Both the position numbers and the translations under genes were made by a program. From an uncultured Clostridia bacterium (lineage in GTDB: Bacteria > Bacillota > Clostridia > Christensenellales > CAG-138): 64,000 nt of DNA. A model generated the notes under the pieces. That model was given only the letters and a program-made list of their open reading frames with translations, did no database searches and was not told where the DNA came from. Shown one piece after another: positions 46,767-55,894 of this stretch (its first letter is position 1; the number at the start of each line of letters is the position of its first letter). Where the stretch lies: NCBI GenBank assembly GCA_947166925.1, contig CAMVGD010000004.1:3793-67792 (forward strand). Direction: 5' to 3'.

Positions 46767-47591
46767 ATGGAAGACATCATGCACATCATCAACAATGCAG
46801 TCGCGCTGCTCAAAGAAAAGGGCGCGGACAAAGCAACGGTCGGACTGATCCTCGGCAGCGGACTCGGCGATTATGCGGAAACGCTCGACAACAAGCGCTT
46901 TGTCGACTATGCGGACATCGAAGGATATCCGGTATCCGCCGTCATCGGACACAAGAACCGCTTCGTCATCGGCGAAAAATACGGAAAAACGATCATCGCC
47001 ATGCAGGGCCGCTTCCACTATTACGAGGGCTATCCGCAGGCGCTGCTTTCGCTCGGCGTGCGTACCATGAAAAAGCTCGGCGTCGAAAAACTGCTCGTGA
47101 CCAACGCGGCGGGCGGCGTCAACATGAACTATCATGCGGGCGACCTGATGGTGATCTCCGATCACATCAATCTGTCCGGATCAAACCCGCTGATCGGAAA
47201 GAATCTGGACGAGTTTGGACCGCGCTTCCCGGACCAAAGCAACGTCTATGACAAGGACCTCCGCGCAAGACTCATCGAGCTTGCGAAAGGCAAAGGCATT
47301 GCCATGCAGGAGGGCGTCTATCTGATGATGTCCGGTCCGTGTTACGAGACGCCTGCAGAGATCCGCATGGCGCGCATCATCGGCGCGGACGCGGTCGGCA
47401 TGTCCACGATCCCGGAAACCATGTGCGCGGCGCACTGCGGCATGAAGGTCGTCGGCATCAGCCTGATCACCAACATGGCGGCAGGCGTGCTGGATCAGCC
47501 GCTTTCCCATGCAGAGGTCACCGAAACCGCGGAAAAGGCAAAGATGAAGTTCACCGCGCTCGTCGACCTGATCCTGCGGGATCTGTTCTGA
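46767..47591 (+). CDS. punA: Purine nucleoside phosphorylase (PunA type)
   Basis: GLILGSGLG, MQGRFHYYEG, VTNAAGG and GADAVGMSTIPE. ATG sits 7 nt after GGAGGA. Confidence 0.9.
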   Translation: MEDIMHIINNAVALLKEKGADKATVGLILGSGLGDYAETLDNKRFVDYADIEGYPVSAVIGHKNRFVIGEKYGKTIIAMQGRFHYYEGYPQALLSLGVRTMKKLGVEKLLVTNAAGGVNMNYHAGDLMVISDHINLSGSNPLIGKNLDEFGPRFPDQSNVYDKDLRARLIELAKGKGIAMQEGVYLMMSGPCYETPAEIRMARIIGADAVGMSTIPETMCAAHCGMKVVGISLITNMAAGVLDQPLSHAEVTETAEKAKMKFTALVDLILRDLF

Positions 47592-47610
47592 TCATCACAG
47601 GACAACACAA

Positions 47611-47644
47611 AGGGCTGTCACCGTTCGGGTGACAGCCCCTTTTG
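47611..47644. terminator. Bidirectional rho-independent terminator
   Basis: Hairpin GGGCTGTCACC-GTTC-GGGTGACAGCCC with T-runs on both strands (CTTTTG on plus, CTTTGTG on minus). Confidence 0.8.
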
Positions 47645-47655
47645 CATACGTGTGT

Positions 47656-48537
47656 TTATTTTTTCTGCGCATCCGACGGTTCGTCTTCAAAGTCGAACGC
47701 ACCGGAAGGCATTCTGGAACCGGCTACCTGCTGTTCTCTTGCTTTCCGGAGCTTTTCTTTGTCCGTGAATTTGCGGGTCAGGAAGAACAGCAAAGCGAGA
47801 CATACGACTGCCAATCCCAGGAAGACGTAATTCAGAACAGACAGGAGCGTGGGCGACAGGAATCCGTAGAGCTTGGAGAGGAAGCTTCCGTCCGATGTAT
47901 CGGAACGGACATTTCCGATCGAGGAAACATAGACGACATGCCCCTGCGCTTTCTCGGCGTCGGTCGTGGCATAAAGCGCGTTCCCGGAATCGTCGATCAG
48001 GTCGGTCTGCTGATAATACTTCGCGTAATCGACGCTGGTTCCGCCGCAGCTTAACAATCCGCCGCTTACCGTCGGGAACTTCGTTTGATCCTCTTTATAA
48101 GCGTCGTAGGCCTTGTAGATGAACGCACGGATCTCCTCGGCCTCCATCATCTGATTGTCGGGAGAATAAGGACCGTATACCTTCTCGACCGTCGATCCGC
48201 CTCCGCCGTAGCAGGACGTTCCGCCCACAGATTCCTGAGCGGTATAGGTAAGCTGACCGTTCTCAAACAGATCTGAGAAATTATCCTTATAGGCGTCGGT
48301 GATCCTGAAATACGTCAGCTTATTGCTGTACAGAACGCTTTGCGCGCCATTTACGATCGCCATCAGGAACATGATCGCGGCGAGTGCAAAATACAGCACG
48401 CGCAGGGATTTTTTCGCTTTCTCGAGACAATCTTCCTTGAAGTTTTCCATGGAAAAGAGTCTTCCTTCGCCCTTGATCGCGCCGATCAGAACATATACGC
48501 CCATAGCGAGCAGAAGAATCGGAAACAGGAAAGTCAT
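47656..48537 (-). CDS. Hypothetical membrane protein (co-transcribed with cysS)
   Basis: 293 aa with 2 N-terminal TM segments and 1 C-terminal TM segment flanking a soluble domain of about 170 aa. SD AAAGGAG. Lies 41 nt downstream of cysS. Confidence 0.5.
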   Translation of the reverse strand: MTFLFPILLLAMGVYVLIGAIKGEGRLFSMENFKEDCLEKAKKSLRVLYFALAAIMFLMAIVNGAQSVLYSNKLTYFRITDAYKDNFSDLFENGQLTYTAQESVGGTSCYGGGGSTVEKVYGPYSPDNQMMEAEEIRAFIYKAYDAYKEDQTKFPTVSGGLLSCGGTSVDYAKYYQQTDLIDDSGNALYATTDAEKAQGHVVYVSSIGNVRSDTSDGSFLSKLYGFLSPTLLSVLNYVFLGLAVVCLALLFFLTRKFTDKEKLRKAREQQVAGSRMPSGAFDFEDEPSDAQKK

Positions 48538-48578
48538 ATGTTTACTCCTTTATTGTGTTTATTGCAGTGAATCCGGCG

Positions 48579-49964
48579 TCAAAGCCTTTTCAGCTTCGCA
48601 CCGTCTTTGGTGTCTTCCACGGCAAAGCCCATCGTTTTCAGCTGTTCGCGGATCTCATCCGCTTTTGCCCAGTCCTTTGCCTTCTTCGCTTCCTTACGCG
48701 CCTCTAAAAGCGCCAGAGCTTCCTCTGGGAAGTCTTCCTTTTTCTCTTTGACGACAAGCCCGAGAACGCCGTTCAGCTCGGCATAGCGAGTCTTGACCGC
48801 TTCGATCGCGGCTTTCGTGTGCGCGCCGGTCGCAAAGATGTTGATCCAGCGGGCAAAGTCGAACAGCACGCCGAGCGCGTCCGCCGTATTGAGGTCGTCG
48901 TCCATCGCTTCGTTGAACCGGTCGCGGAATTCGTCAAGCTTTGCGGCGACGGACGAATCGTCAGCCGCTTCGTCGATCGCGGTATCGAAAAGCCGGTCGC
49001 GCGCGGTGTACAGTCGGTTCAGGCTCGCAACGGTCTGATCCATCAGCTCGCGGGAGAAATTCACCGGATTGCGGTAGTTTGCGGTCAGCAGGAACATGCG
49101 GACCGCTTCGAGATCGTATTCCTTCGCGATATCGCGCACGGTGAAGAAGTTCCCCAGGGATTTGCTCATCTTCTGGTTGTTGATGTTGATATAGCCGTTG
49201 TGCATCCAGTAGTGGACGAACGGCTTTCCGGTCGCGCCTTCGCTCTGCGCGATCTCGTTCTCGTGATGCGGGAAGATGAGGTCCATGCCGCCGCCGTGAA
49301 TATCGAAGGTCTCTCCGAGATACTTCATGCTCATTGCGGAGCATTCGATATGCCAGCCGGGACGACCCTTTCCCCAGGGAGAGGGCCAGCTCGGCTCGCC
49401 GGGCTTTTCACCCTTCCAGAGCGCAAAGTCCAGCGGATCGCGCTTTTGCTCGGTGGGGGAGATGCGTGCGCCGTTTTCCATGTCGTCGATATCCTGCCCT
49501 TTGAGCTTGCCGTATCCGGGCCAGCTGCGCACGGCAAAGTACACGTCGCCGTTTTCGGTGGCGTACGCATGACCCTTTTCGATCAGCTTTTTGACGAGCT
49601 TAATGATATCGCCGATGTGCTCGGTCGCGCGCGGATTGACCGTTGCGCGCTCGATGCCGAGGGCGTCCGCATCCTGATAGTATTCCTTGATGAACCGGTC
49701 GCCGAGCTCCTTCACGGTCGTGCCCTCTTTGTTGGCGCGGTTGATCATCTTGTCGTCGATGTCGGTGAAATTCTGAACGTATTTCACCTTGTAGCCGCGG
49801 TATTCGAGGTAGCGGCGCATCGTATCGAACACGACGAACGGACGCGCGTTGCCGATATGGAAATAATCGTACACGGTCGGACCGCAAACATACATGGAGA
49901 TCTCGCCTTCCTTGATCGGAACGAGCGGCTCCTTTTTCCGGGTCATGGTGTTGTAAACCTGCAT
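48579..49964 (-). CDS. cysS: Cysteine--tRNA ligase
   Basis: 461 aa. HIGN motif (YFHIGNARP), KMSKS motif, and WHIECS zinc ligands. Confidence 0.95.
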   Translation of the reverse strand: MQVYNTMTRKKEPLVPIKEGEISMYVCGPTVYDYFHIGNARPFVVFDTMRRYLEYRGYKVKYVQNFTDIDDKMINRANKEGTTVKELGDRFIKEYYQDADALGIERATVNPRATEHIGDIIKLVKKLIEKGHAYATENGDVYFAVRSWPGYGKLKGQDIDDMENGARISPTEQKRDPLDFALWKGEKPGEPSWPSPWGKGRPGWHIECSAMSMKYLGETFDIHGGGMDLIFPHHENEIAQSEGATGKPFVHYWMHNGYININNQKMSKSLGNFFTVRDIAKEYDLEAVRMFLLTANYRNPVNFSRELMDQTVASLNRLYTARDRLFDTAIDEAADDSSVAAKLDEFRDRFNEAMDDDLNTADALGVLFDFARWINIFATGAHTKAAIEAVKTRYAELNGVLGLVVKEKKEDFPEEALALLEARKEAKKAKDWAKADEIREQLKTMGFAVEDTKDGAKLKRL

Positions 49965-50071
49965 AGCATCCTCCTCGGATCATATTACGAATGCATTGCG
50001 GAACGCATTCATCTGTACATATCCGTATTCTTATCTATAATATGGAAAAAAGGGTGTTTTGTCAATAAGGA

Positions 50072-50101
50072 TTTGACGAACGCTGTTTTATGTACTATAA
50101 T
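50072..50101 (+). promoter_or_regulatory. Sigma-A type promoter for the cohesin-like gene
   Basis: TTGACG (50072-50077), 18-nt spacer, TATAAT (50096-50101). Leaves a leader of about 100 nt. Confidence 0.5.
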
Positions 50102-50204
50102 CAAATACGAATACGAATGCGGGACAGGATCGTAGAACGGCCCGCTCGATCGCAGACGCTGTCTGCGGTCATTCCAACAGAAAATCAATCCGGAGGACTA
50201 CATA

Positions 50205-51293
50205 ATGAAACGTTTACTGTCTATCCTGCTCGTGATCGTACTGCTGTTCGCAGTACCGATCACATCTGGCGAAGCGGCGGGCAATGCGGAGCTCGGCGAG
50301 CTTGAGATCGCATCGGAAAAGGTGCAGGGCAACGTCGGCGACCTGGTGAAGGTGAATTTCTACCTGTATCCGAACCTTCCCGACGACAGGAAGCTGGACA
50401 CGGTTTCCGGTTCCATGAAATTTGATCCGGAATTTGTAACGCTCGGAGCTATCAATCTCGAAGATGAGGAAGCGAACCTTACGACGTTTATGAAGGTCGG
50501 CAAGAGGACCGTCTACGATTTTCAGCATAATATCATAGAACCCGGCGTCATGCGTTTTGCGTTCATGAGCGTGTACGGCGCAGAAGCGGAAGGCTTCTGG
50601 TTCCAGGCGGAATTCCGCATCGAAAAGGAAGGCTCGACCGATTTCATTTTCAACGGGATCAGCTATTCCGGCATTGACGGATCCTATAAGGGCGTATCGT
50701 TCTATATTGAACCGAAATCCGTCGGAGGGATCTATACCGAGGGTGAAACGCCTCCGGAAAACGGAGAGGTCGATGAGCCCTTCATGCCGATCGAACCCGC
50801 GGTCAAAACGCCCGTGCCTGTGACGCCGACTCCCAAACCGAGCAACAGCGGGCATACCGTTCCGATCACCTCCTCACTTCCGACGATCAATACGGAACCG
50901 GCGGATGATCATACCGGCGTCGTAACTCTGCCGCCCGCAGTTACATCCATACCGCTGACAACGCCGGTTCCGCCGGATTCAACGGAGAGAACGTCCGCCC
51001 CGGGTCAGACGACGGACGCCCCAAACGATCCCGCTGCGAAAGCTGAGCCCGCGTCCGGCACACAGAAACCGGGGACGAACGGAAACGAATCGACCGGCAT
51101 AACGGATGAACCCGGAAACAGCGGCACGTCCGGCGACTCAGCAAACACGGGAAAAGAGCCGAAGAACGGAACACGTGAGAATAAACAGAATACGCTGATC
51201 GTGATCGGCGTTATCATCGGTATCGTTTCCGTGATCGGGCTCGGCGCGCTTGCGATCGCCATGCTTGTGAAGCGCCGCAAGTCAGAAGACTGA
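50205..51293 (+). CDS. Cell-surface protein with an N-terminal cohesin-like domain, Pro/Thr-rich linker and C-terminal TM anchor
   Basis: 362 aa. Signal peptide, then LEIASEKVQGNVGDLVKVNFYL ... GSMKFDPEFVTLGAI ... FQAEFRIEKEGSTDF (cohesin-like beta pattern). C-terminal LIVIGVIIGIVSVIGLGALAIAMLVKRRK. Confidence 0.5.
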   Translation: MKRLLSILLVIVLLFAVPITSGEAAGNAELGELEIASEKVQGNVGDLVKVNFYLYPNLPDDRKLDTVSGSMKFDPEFVTLGAINLEDEEANLTTFMKVGKRTVYDFQHNIIEPGVMRFAFMSVYGAEAEGFWFQAEFRIEKEGSTDFIFNGISYSGIDGSYKGVSFYIEPKSVGGIYTEGETPPENGEVDEPFMPIEPAVKTPVPVTPTPKPSNSGHTVPITSSLPTINTEPADDHTGVVTLPPAVTSIPLTTPVPPDSTERTSAPGQTTDAPNDPAAKAEPASGTQKPGTNGNESTGITDEPGNSGTSGDSANTGKEPKNGTRENKQNTLIVIGVIIGIVSVIGLGALAIAMLVKRRKSED

Positions 51294-51314
51294 TCTTTCA
51301 TCTTCGTCATGACA

Positions 51315-51349
51315 GAAAGCTCTCAAATCAGAGAGCTTTCTTGCGTTTT
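51315..51349 (+). terminator. Rho-independent terminator
   Basis: Hairpin GAAAGCTCTC-AAATCA-GAGAGCTTTC followed by TTGCGTTTT. Confidence 0.7.
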
Positions 51350-51390
51350 GGAAAGATTTGTTGTATACTGTATGAGTTTGAAAGCAGGGG

Positions 51391-51942
51391 GTGAGATCAA
51401 TGCGTCGGATCACAACACGTCAATTGGCGTTCGCCGGTATGTTTGCCGCGCTGGCTGCATTGCTGTCGATCTATCCGTTTACATTTTATCTGCCGGATTC
51501 CAGCAGGATCACATTCCGGGAGATCCCGATCTTTTTGTGCGCATTCACCCTCGGTCCCGTATGGGGCGGCCTGTGCGCACTGGTTTCCGATCTGATCGGA
51601 ACGTTCATCAGCAATTCCGGCAACGCATGGAACCCGATGTTCGCCCTTTCCGCGGTTTTGTCGGGCGTCCTGCCGGGGATCCTGTTCCGATACGTGTTTA
51701 AGAAGGAAAAACTGACGCTTGCCACAACCTTGTCGATCGTACCGGTCAACATTGCGGTATCGCTGTTTTTGACAACATTCTGGTTCCAGCTTCTCGGCTT
51801 CACGGGCGGCATGCCGTTTTGGGCCTACTTGCTGATCCGGCGTTTATGGCTCGTTGCGGTCATGACGGTCGTACAGATCCTTGTCGTCAGAGCGTTGTAT
51901 CCGGTCGTGCAAAGAGGTATTCAGGGAGGGGATCATCGATGA
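51391..51942 (+). CDS. folT: ECF transporter S component, folate family (tentative)
   Basis: 183 aa with 5-6 TM segments. TTRQLAFAGMFAALAALL is typical of ECF S components. ATGA-coupled to folC. Confidence 0.65.
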   Translation: MRSMRRITTRQLAFAGMFAALAALLSIYPFTFYLPDSSRITFREIPIFLCAFTLGPVWGGLCALVSDLIGTFISNSGNAWNPMFALSAVLSGVLPGILFRYVFKKEKLTLATTLSIVPVNIAVSLFLTTFWFQLLGFTGGMPFWAYLLIRRLWLVAVMTVVQILVVRALYPVVQRGIQGGDHR

Positions 51943-53222
51943 CCTACGAAGAAGCGATTGCTTATATTCACGGTATGTACTGGCGCGGGTCCAAGCTCGG
52001 ACTGGCGCGTGTAACGGAGCTTTGCCGTCTTTTGGGCGACCCGCAGAAGCAGCTCAAATATATCCATGTTGCGGGCACAAACGGAAAAGGCTCCACCTGC
52101 GCGATGCTCTCAAGGATCCTCAGCACGCAGGGATACAGAACGGGATTGTTTGTTTCCCCGTTTGTCGATCGCTTCAACGAACGGATCCAGTTCAACAACA
52201 TGCCGATCCCGGACGACGAGCTTGCGGAGATCATTACGGAGATCTCGCCGACCGTCGACGCGATGGAGAACCTGCCGACCGAATTCGAGGTGATCACGGC
52301 AGCCGCGTTTTTGTATTATGTGAGAAAGAAATGCGATTACGTCGTGCTGGAGGTCGGACTCGGCGGAGAGCTGGATTCCACAAACGTCATCGACACGCCG
52401 CTTCTGTCGATCATCACGGCGATCGACTACGATCATATGCACATCCTCGGCAATACAATCCAGGAGATCGCAAGCGCGAAAGCCGGCATCATCAAGAACG
52501 GAGGCACGGTCCTGTTCTACGGACAGCATCCGGACGCACTGCCAGTGATCGAGGCGGCCTGCAAAAAGCACGGCGCGACGCTGCACGTCGTCGACCGTTC
52601 TTCCCTGAAAGAGGGCAGCTACGATCTGCCCGGCCAGCCCTTCGATTATAAGAGTTATACGGACCTGCGTCTGGGACTGCTCGGCAAGTATCAGATGAAC
52701 AACGCCGCGACGGTGATCGATGCCGTCGAGCTGCTTCGCGCGCAGGGCGTGCAGATCTCGGACGCCGCGCTGCGAAAAGGTCTGCAGGAAACCGTCTGGC
52801 CCGCTCGGTTCGAGCTCTTGCGTGAGGATCCGCCGTTTTTTGTCGACGGCGGACACAACCCGCATGGCGTCAAGGGCACGGTCGATACATACCTGCGCCT
52901 GTTCCCGGATCGCAAAGCAAAAATCATCATGGGGATGATGCGCGACAAGGACGTTTCGCAGTCGATCGAACTGCTGCTGCCGATCGCAAAGGAATTCTAT
53001 ACCGTTACGCCGAACAACGACCGCGCAATGCCGAGCGAAGAACTCGCGGCGCTGATCCGCACCTTCGGCGCGACCGCAACGCCGTTTTCATCGGTCGCCG
53101 ACGCGATCGAGACGGCGGGACGCGGCAAAGAACCTTCGCTTGCGGTAGGATCCCTGTATATGGCGGGGGAAGTGCACGAAGCGTTTCGTACGCTGATGAA
53201 GATGGGAAGGTTTGAAGAATGA
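51939..53222 (+). CDS. folC: Folylpolyglutamate synthase / dihydrofolate synthase
   Basis: Start MTYEEAIAYIHG. Contains HVAGTNGKGST (P-loop), LEVGLGGELDSTN and DGGHNPHG. Confidence 0.9.
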   Translation: MTYEEAIAYIHGMYWRGSKLGLARVTELCRLLGDPQKQLKYIHVAGTNGKGSTCAMLSRILSTQGYRTGLFVSPFVDRFNERIQFNNMPIPDDELAEIITEISPTVDAMENLPTEFEVITAAAFLYYVRKKCDYVVLEVGLGGELDSTNVIDTPLLSIITAIDYDHMHILGNTIQEIASAKAGIIKNGGTVLFYGQHPDALPVIEAACKKHGATLHVVDRSSLKEGSYDLPGQPFDYKSYTDLRLGLLGKYQMNNAATVIDAVELLRAQGVQISDAALRKGLQETVWPARFELLREDPPFFVDGGHNPHGVKGTVDTYLRLFPDRKAKIIMGMMRDKDVSQSIELLLPIAKEFYTVTPNNDRAMPSEELAALIRTFGATATPFSSVADAIETAGRGKEPSLAVGSLYMAGEVHEAFRTLMKMGRFEE

Positions 53223-54007
53223 AGCTCCTTGCGCTTGACATCGACGATACGCTGGTCATGACCGGCAGGCTTCCGAGCGAGCGGCTCAAAAGAGCGGTCC
53301 GCCTCGCGGAGGAGCATGGCGTGACCGTCGTGCTTGCCACGGGACGCGGATTTTTGGGTTCAAAAAAGATCCGGGAATCCCTTTCGGTTTACGGGCCGCT
53401 GATCCATTACGGCGGCGCGGTCGTATCGGACGGACGCACCGGAGAGCATCTGTTTGTGAATTATCTCCGCCCGGAGGATGTGATCACGGCGTTTGCGATC
53501 GCCGACACATTCGGATTTCACGCGCAGATCTATGAGGAGGATACCGTTGTTTTCCGTGAGGAGAACGCCTTTACAAAGCAGTATACCGGCATTCTGAATC
53601 TGCCGTTTCTCGTCGATCCGCAGCTTCTGTACCGCCCGCTCGACAACATTCCGAAGGTCCTGTTTGCCGTCGATCCGGCAAAGGAAGCGGAGCTGTATCC
53701 GGAGATCCGCGCGCTTTTGCCGAAGCATTTGTCCGTTCTTTGCTCAAAACCGGGTTTTGTCGAGATCGGCTCGGTCTCATCCACAAAGGGCGCAGCGCTT
53801 AAAAAGGTCGCGGCAATGCTTCATATCCCGCGCGAGGAGGTCACCGCGATCGGCGACAATACGCTCGATCTCGACATGATCGAATGGGCGGGCACGGGCA
53901 TATGCGTTGCGAACGGCAATGCGCTTGTAAAAGAAAAAGCCGATCTGATCATCGGCTCGTGCGAGGACGAAGGCGTCGCGGCATATCTGGAATCGGTTTT
54001 TGCATAA
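53219..54007 (+). CDS. Cof-type HAD-IIB family hydrolase
   Basis: 262 aa. LALDIDDTL (motif I), ATGR, and GDNTLDLDMIEWAG (motif IV). Confidence 0.8.
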   Translation: MKLLALDIDDTLVMTGRLPSERLKRAVRLAEEHGVTVVLATGRGFLGSKKIRESLSVYGPLIHYGGAVVSDGRTGEHLFVNYLRPEDVITAFAIADTFGFHAQIYEEDTVVFREENAFTKQYTGILNLPFLVDPQLLYRPLDNIPKVLFAVDPAKEAELYPEIRALLPKHLSVLCSKPGFVEIGSVSSTKGAALKKVAAMLHIPREEVTAIGDNTLDLDMIEWAGTGICVANGNALVKEKADLIIGSCEDEGVAAYLESVFA

Positions 54008-54061
54008 AAGAAAGGAGCGCGAAGAGGCGCTCTCTAAAAGGTGGTTTTCAAGCGCATCCAA

Positions 54062-54285
54062 AAGCCTTCCCCTTGAGGGGAAGGTGGCGCAGCGTGAGCG
54101 AAGCCGGATGAGGTGGATATCTAAAAGCATCAACTTTTACGGATCGGACGAACGCGTTGCGTTCGCTTCCCTGAACACCTCATCAGTCAACTATCGATGA
54201 TCCACTTCGCTGCGCTTCGTTACAGAAGTAGATCGCGCGCTTCCCGCACGTACCATGCTTCCCCTCAAGGGGAAGCCTCTTTTTT
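54062..54285. repeat. Pair of inverted, degenerate REP-like hairpin elements
   Basis: CTTCCCCTTGAGGGGAAG (54068-54085) followed by GTGGCGCAGCGTGAGCGAAGCCGGATGAGGTG. The reverse-oriented relative is CACCTCATCAG...CTTCGCTGCGC...CTTCCCCTCAAGGGGAAG (54177-54274). The second hairpin is followed by CTCTTTTTT (terminator-like). Confidence 0.45.
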
Positions 54286-54340
54286 GTAAGAGCGCACTTA
54301 TACACCGTCATGCGGTGGTGATACGCGCGCTTCAGGCAAA

Positions 54341-54379
54341 CAAAAAACCTTCCGAAAAGAAGCTGTTTCCCGGAAGGTT
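54341..54379 (-). terminator. Rho-independent terminator of the GNAT gene (minus strand)
   Basis: On the minus strand, AACCTTCCG...CGGAAGGTT is followed by TTTTTGTTT. Confidence 0.55.
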
Positions 54380-54444
54380 CAAATCCGTTTCATTCCGACA
54401 AAACGGAATTTGCACAGCTGGACTTCCTTCGCTTTGGGAGATTC

Positions 54445-54849
54445 TTACAGCTTAAAAAATGCCAGCAAATCGCCCTCATCAAAAGAATACAACCCAAGCG
54501 AACGGTAAAAGTGGACTGCCGGTGTGTCTGCGCCTGTGACAACAAACTTCTGTCGGACATCGGCATATTTGTCAAATACTGCTTTCATCAACGTTTTTCC
54601 TATTCCTTTGCGCTGATGGCTTTCCAAAATGAGCAAATCTTGTATCAGTATAGTATGTTCACCATCTCCGATGCATCGAATAAAGCCTATAAGCTTATCA
54701 TCGTCAAATGCACCAAGCGCAAACAGAGAATGGTCCCATGCGCGATACAGCCTTTCATCATCGCCGAGATATGCGGTCCACCCCAACGCATCATAAAGAT
54801 GCTTTGCACTTTCCACATCATCTCTCGTTAATTGCCTATAAGTTATCAT
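54445..54849 (-). CDS. GNAT family N-acetyltransferase
   Basis: Start MITYRQLTRDDVE, 134 aa. The acetyl-CoA motif is QRKGIGKTLM, and HFYRSLGL is present. Confidence 0.75.
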   Translation of the reverse strand: MITYRQLTRDDVESAKHLYDALGWTAYLGDDERLYRAWDHSLFALGAFDDDKLIGFIRCIGDGEHTILIQDLLILESHQRKGIGKTLMKAVFDKYADVRQKFVVTGADTPAVHFYRSLGLYSFDEGDLLAFFKL

Positions 54850-54923
54850 TTCCGGTTTTGTTGCCTCCGTCAAATCCCGATTTATCGTATTGATTCTATC
54901 ATGATTTCCATTAGGATACAACG

Positions 54924-54956
54924 AAAAAAGCACCGCCGACCAAAGCCGACAGTGCC
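54924..54956 (-). terminator. Rho-independent terminator after the radical SAM gene (minus strand)
   Basis: On the minus strand, GCACTGTCGGC-TTTG-GTCGGCGGTGC (11-bp stem with G-U pairs) is followed by TTTTTT. Confidence 0.6.
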
Positions 54957-55012
54957 TTTGAAAATCCACCTTGACAGAACGCCTGTGAAGCTCCGTTTTT
55001 CGTACAATTGAT

Positions 55013-55894
55013 TCATAGTTCGATATGATCCGAAAACGGCGGGGTGAACGAGCGTCCGACGCTCGTAAGATCCTGTGTAAAAACGTCGGTAAACCCCAGA
55101 GAAATACAGTAATCGAGTGCGCTTTCGTACTCGCGCTGCGTCAGCGGACGGTCCAGGGGCTTGACCCTGCATTCGGGGATCGGCGTAAACTGCGACATCA
55201 GCGAGATCGGACAGCCGACGCCGAACCGATCTTTGATCGCATCAAGTACACTTCGCGTGTCAAACACACATCCGGGAAGAACAAGGTGCCGGATACGGAC
55301 CCCCTTTTTTGCAATGCCGTTTTCATCGGTTTCCATCATTCCGACCTGACGGATCATTTCTCCGATCGCCGCGATCGCCGTTTCAAAGTAATCCGAAGCG
55401 CGTGAAAACTTCAGCGACAAACGCGGATCGACATATTTCAGGTCCGGCAGATAGATATCGACCAGCCCTTCATAGGCGCGGATCGTTTCGACGGTCTCGT
55501 ACGCGTTTGTATTATAGACGACGGGGATCGAAAGCCCGTCGCTTTTTGCAAGCCGCAGCGCATCGACGATCGCGTCCCTGTGCGGCGTCGGCGTGACCAG
55601 ATTGATGTTGTGTGCGCCGAGAGACTGGAGCTTCTGCATGATTTCCGCAAGACGCTCGACAGAGCATACTTCGCCGAGCGTACCGTCGGTCAGAATAAGA
55701 TTCTGGCAGAAGATGCATTTCAGATTACAGCCCGAAAAGAAGATCGTTCCGCTGCCGCGCGTTCCGCTGATGCTCGGTTCTTCATCGTAATGCAGCGCGG
55801 CACGCGCGATACGCACATCAGAAGAACAGCCGCAGAAACCACGTGCGGCTGTTCGGTCGATATGACAGTTTCGGGGGCAGATCTGACAGGACAT
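55013..55894 (-). CDS. Radical SAM protein, PflX-like (pyruvate formate-lyase activase homolog)
   Basis: CNLKCIFCQN (CxxxCxxC) plus an N-terminal CQICPRNC...FCGC cluster. ATG 55894 is chosen because of the TAATG coupling to the upstream gene; 55918 is the alternative. Confidence 0.8.
   Translation of the reverse strand: MSCQICPRNCHIDRTAARGFCGCSSDVRIARAALHYDEEPSISGTRGSGTIFFSGCNLKCIFCQNLILTDGTLGEVCSVERLAEIMQKLQSLGAHNINLVTPTPHRDAIVDALRLAKSDGLSIPVVYNTNAYETVETIRAYEGLVDIYLPDLKYVDPRLSLKFSRASDYFETAIAAIGEMIRQVGMMETDENGIAKKGVRIRHLVLPGCVFDTRSVLDAIKDRFGVGCPISLMSQFTPIPECRVKPLDRPLTQREYESALDYCISLGFTDVFTQDLTSVGRSFTPPFSDHIEL

Noticed and set aside
49965-50071. T-box leader upstream of cysS, THF riboswitch upstream of folT (51350-51390), and lysine riboswitch upstream of dapL (11584-11640).
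   Set aside because: All three leaders are far too short (under 80 nt) and lack the specifier/T-box, THF or L-box conserved cores. Only simple promoter and SD elements are seen.
54068-54274. Inverted repeats considered as an invertible promoter (inverton).
   Set aside because: There is no recombinase or invertase gene nearby and no -35/-10 pair within the enclosed segment. The arms are unequal and degenerate, so a REP-like or terminator interpretation is preferred.
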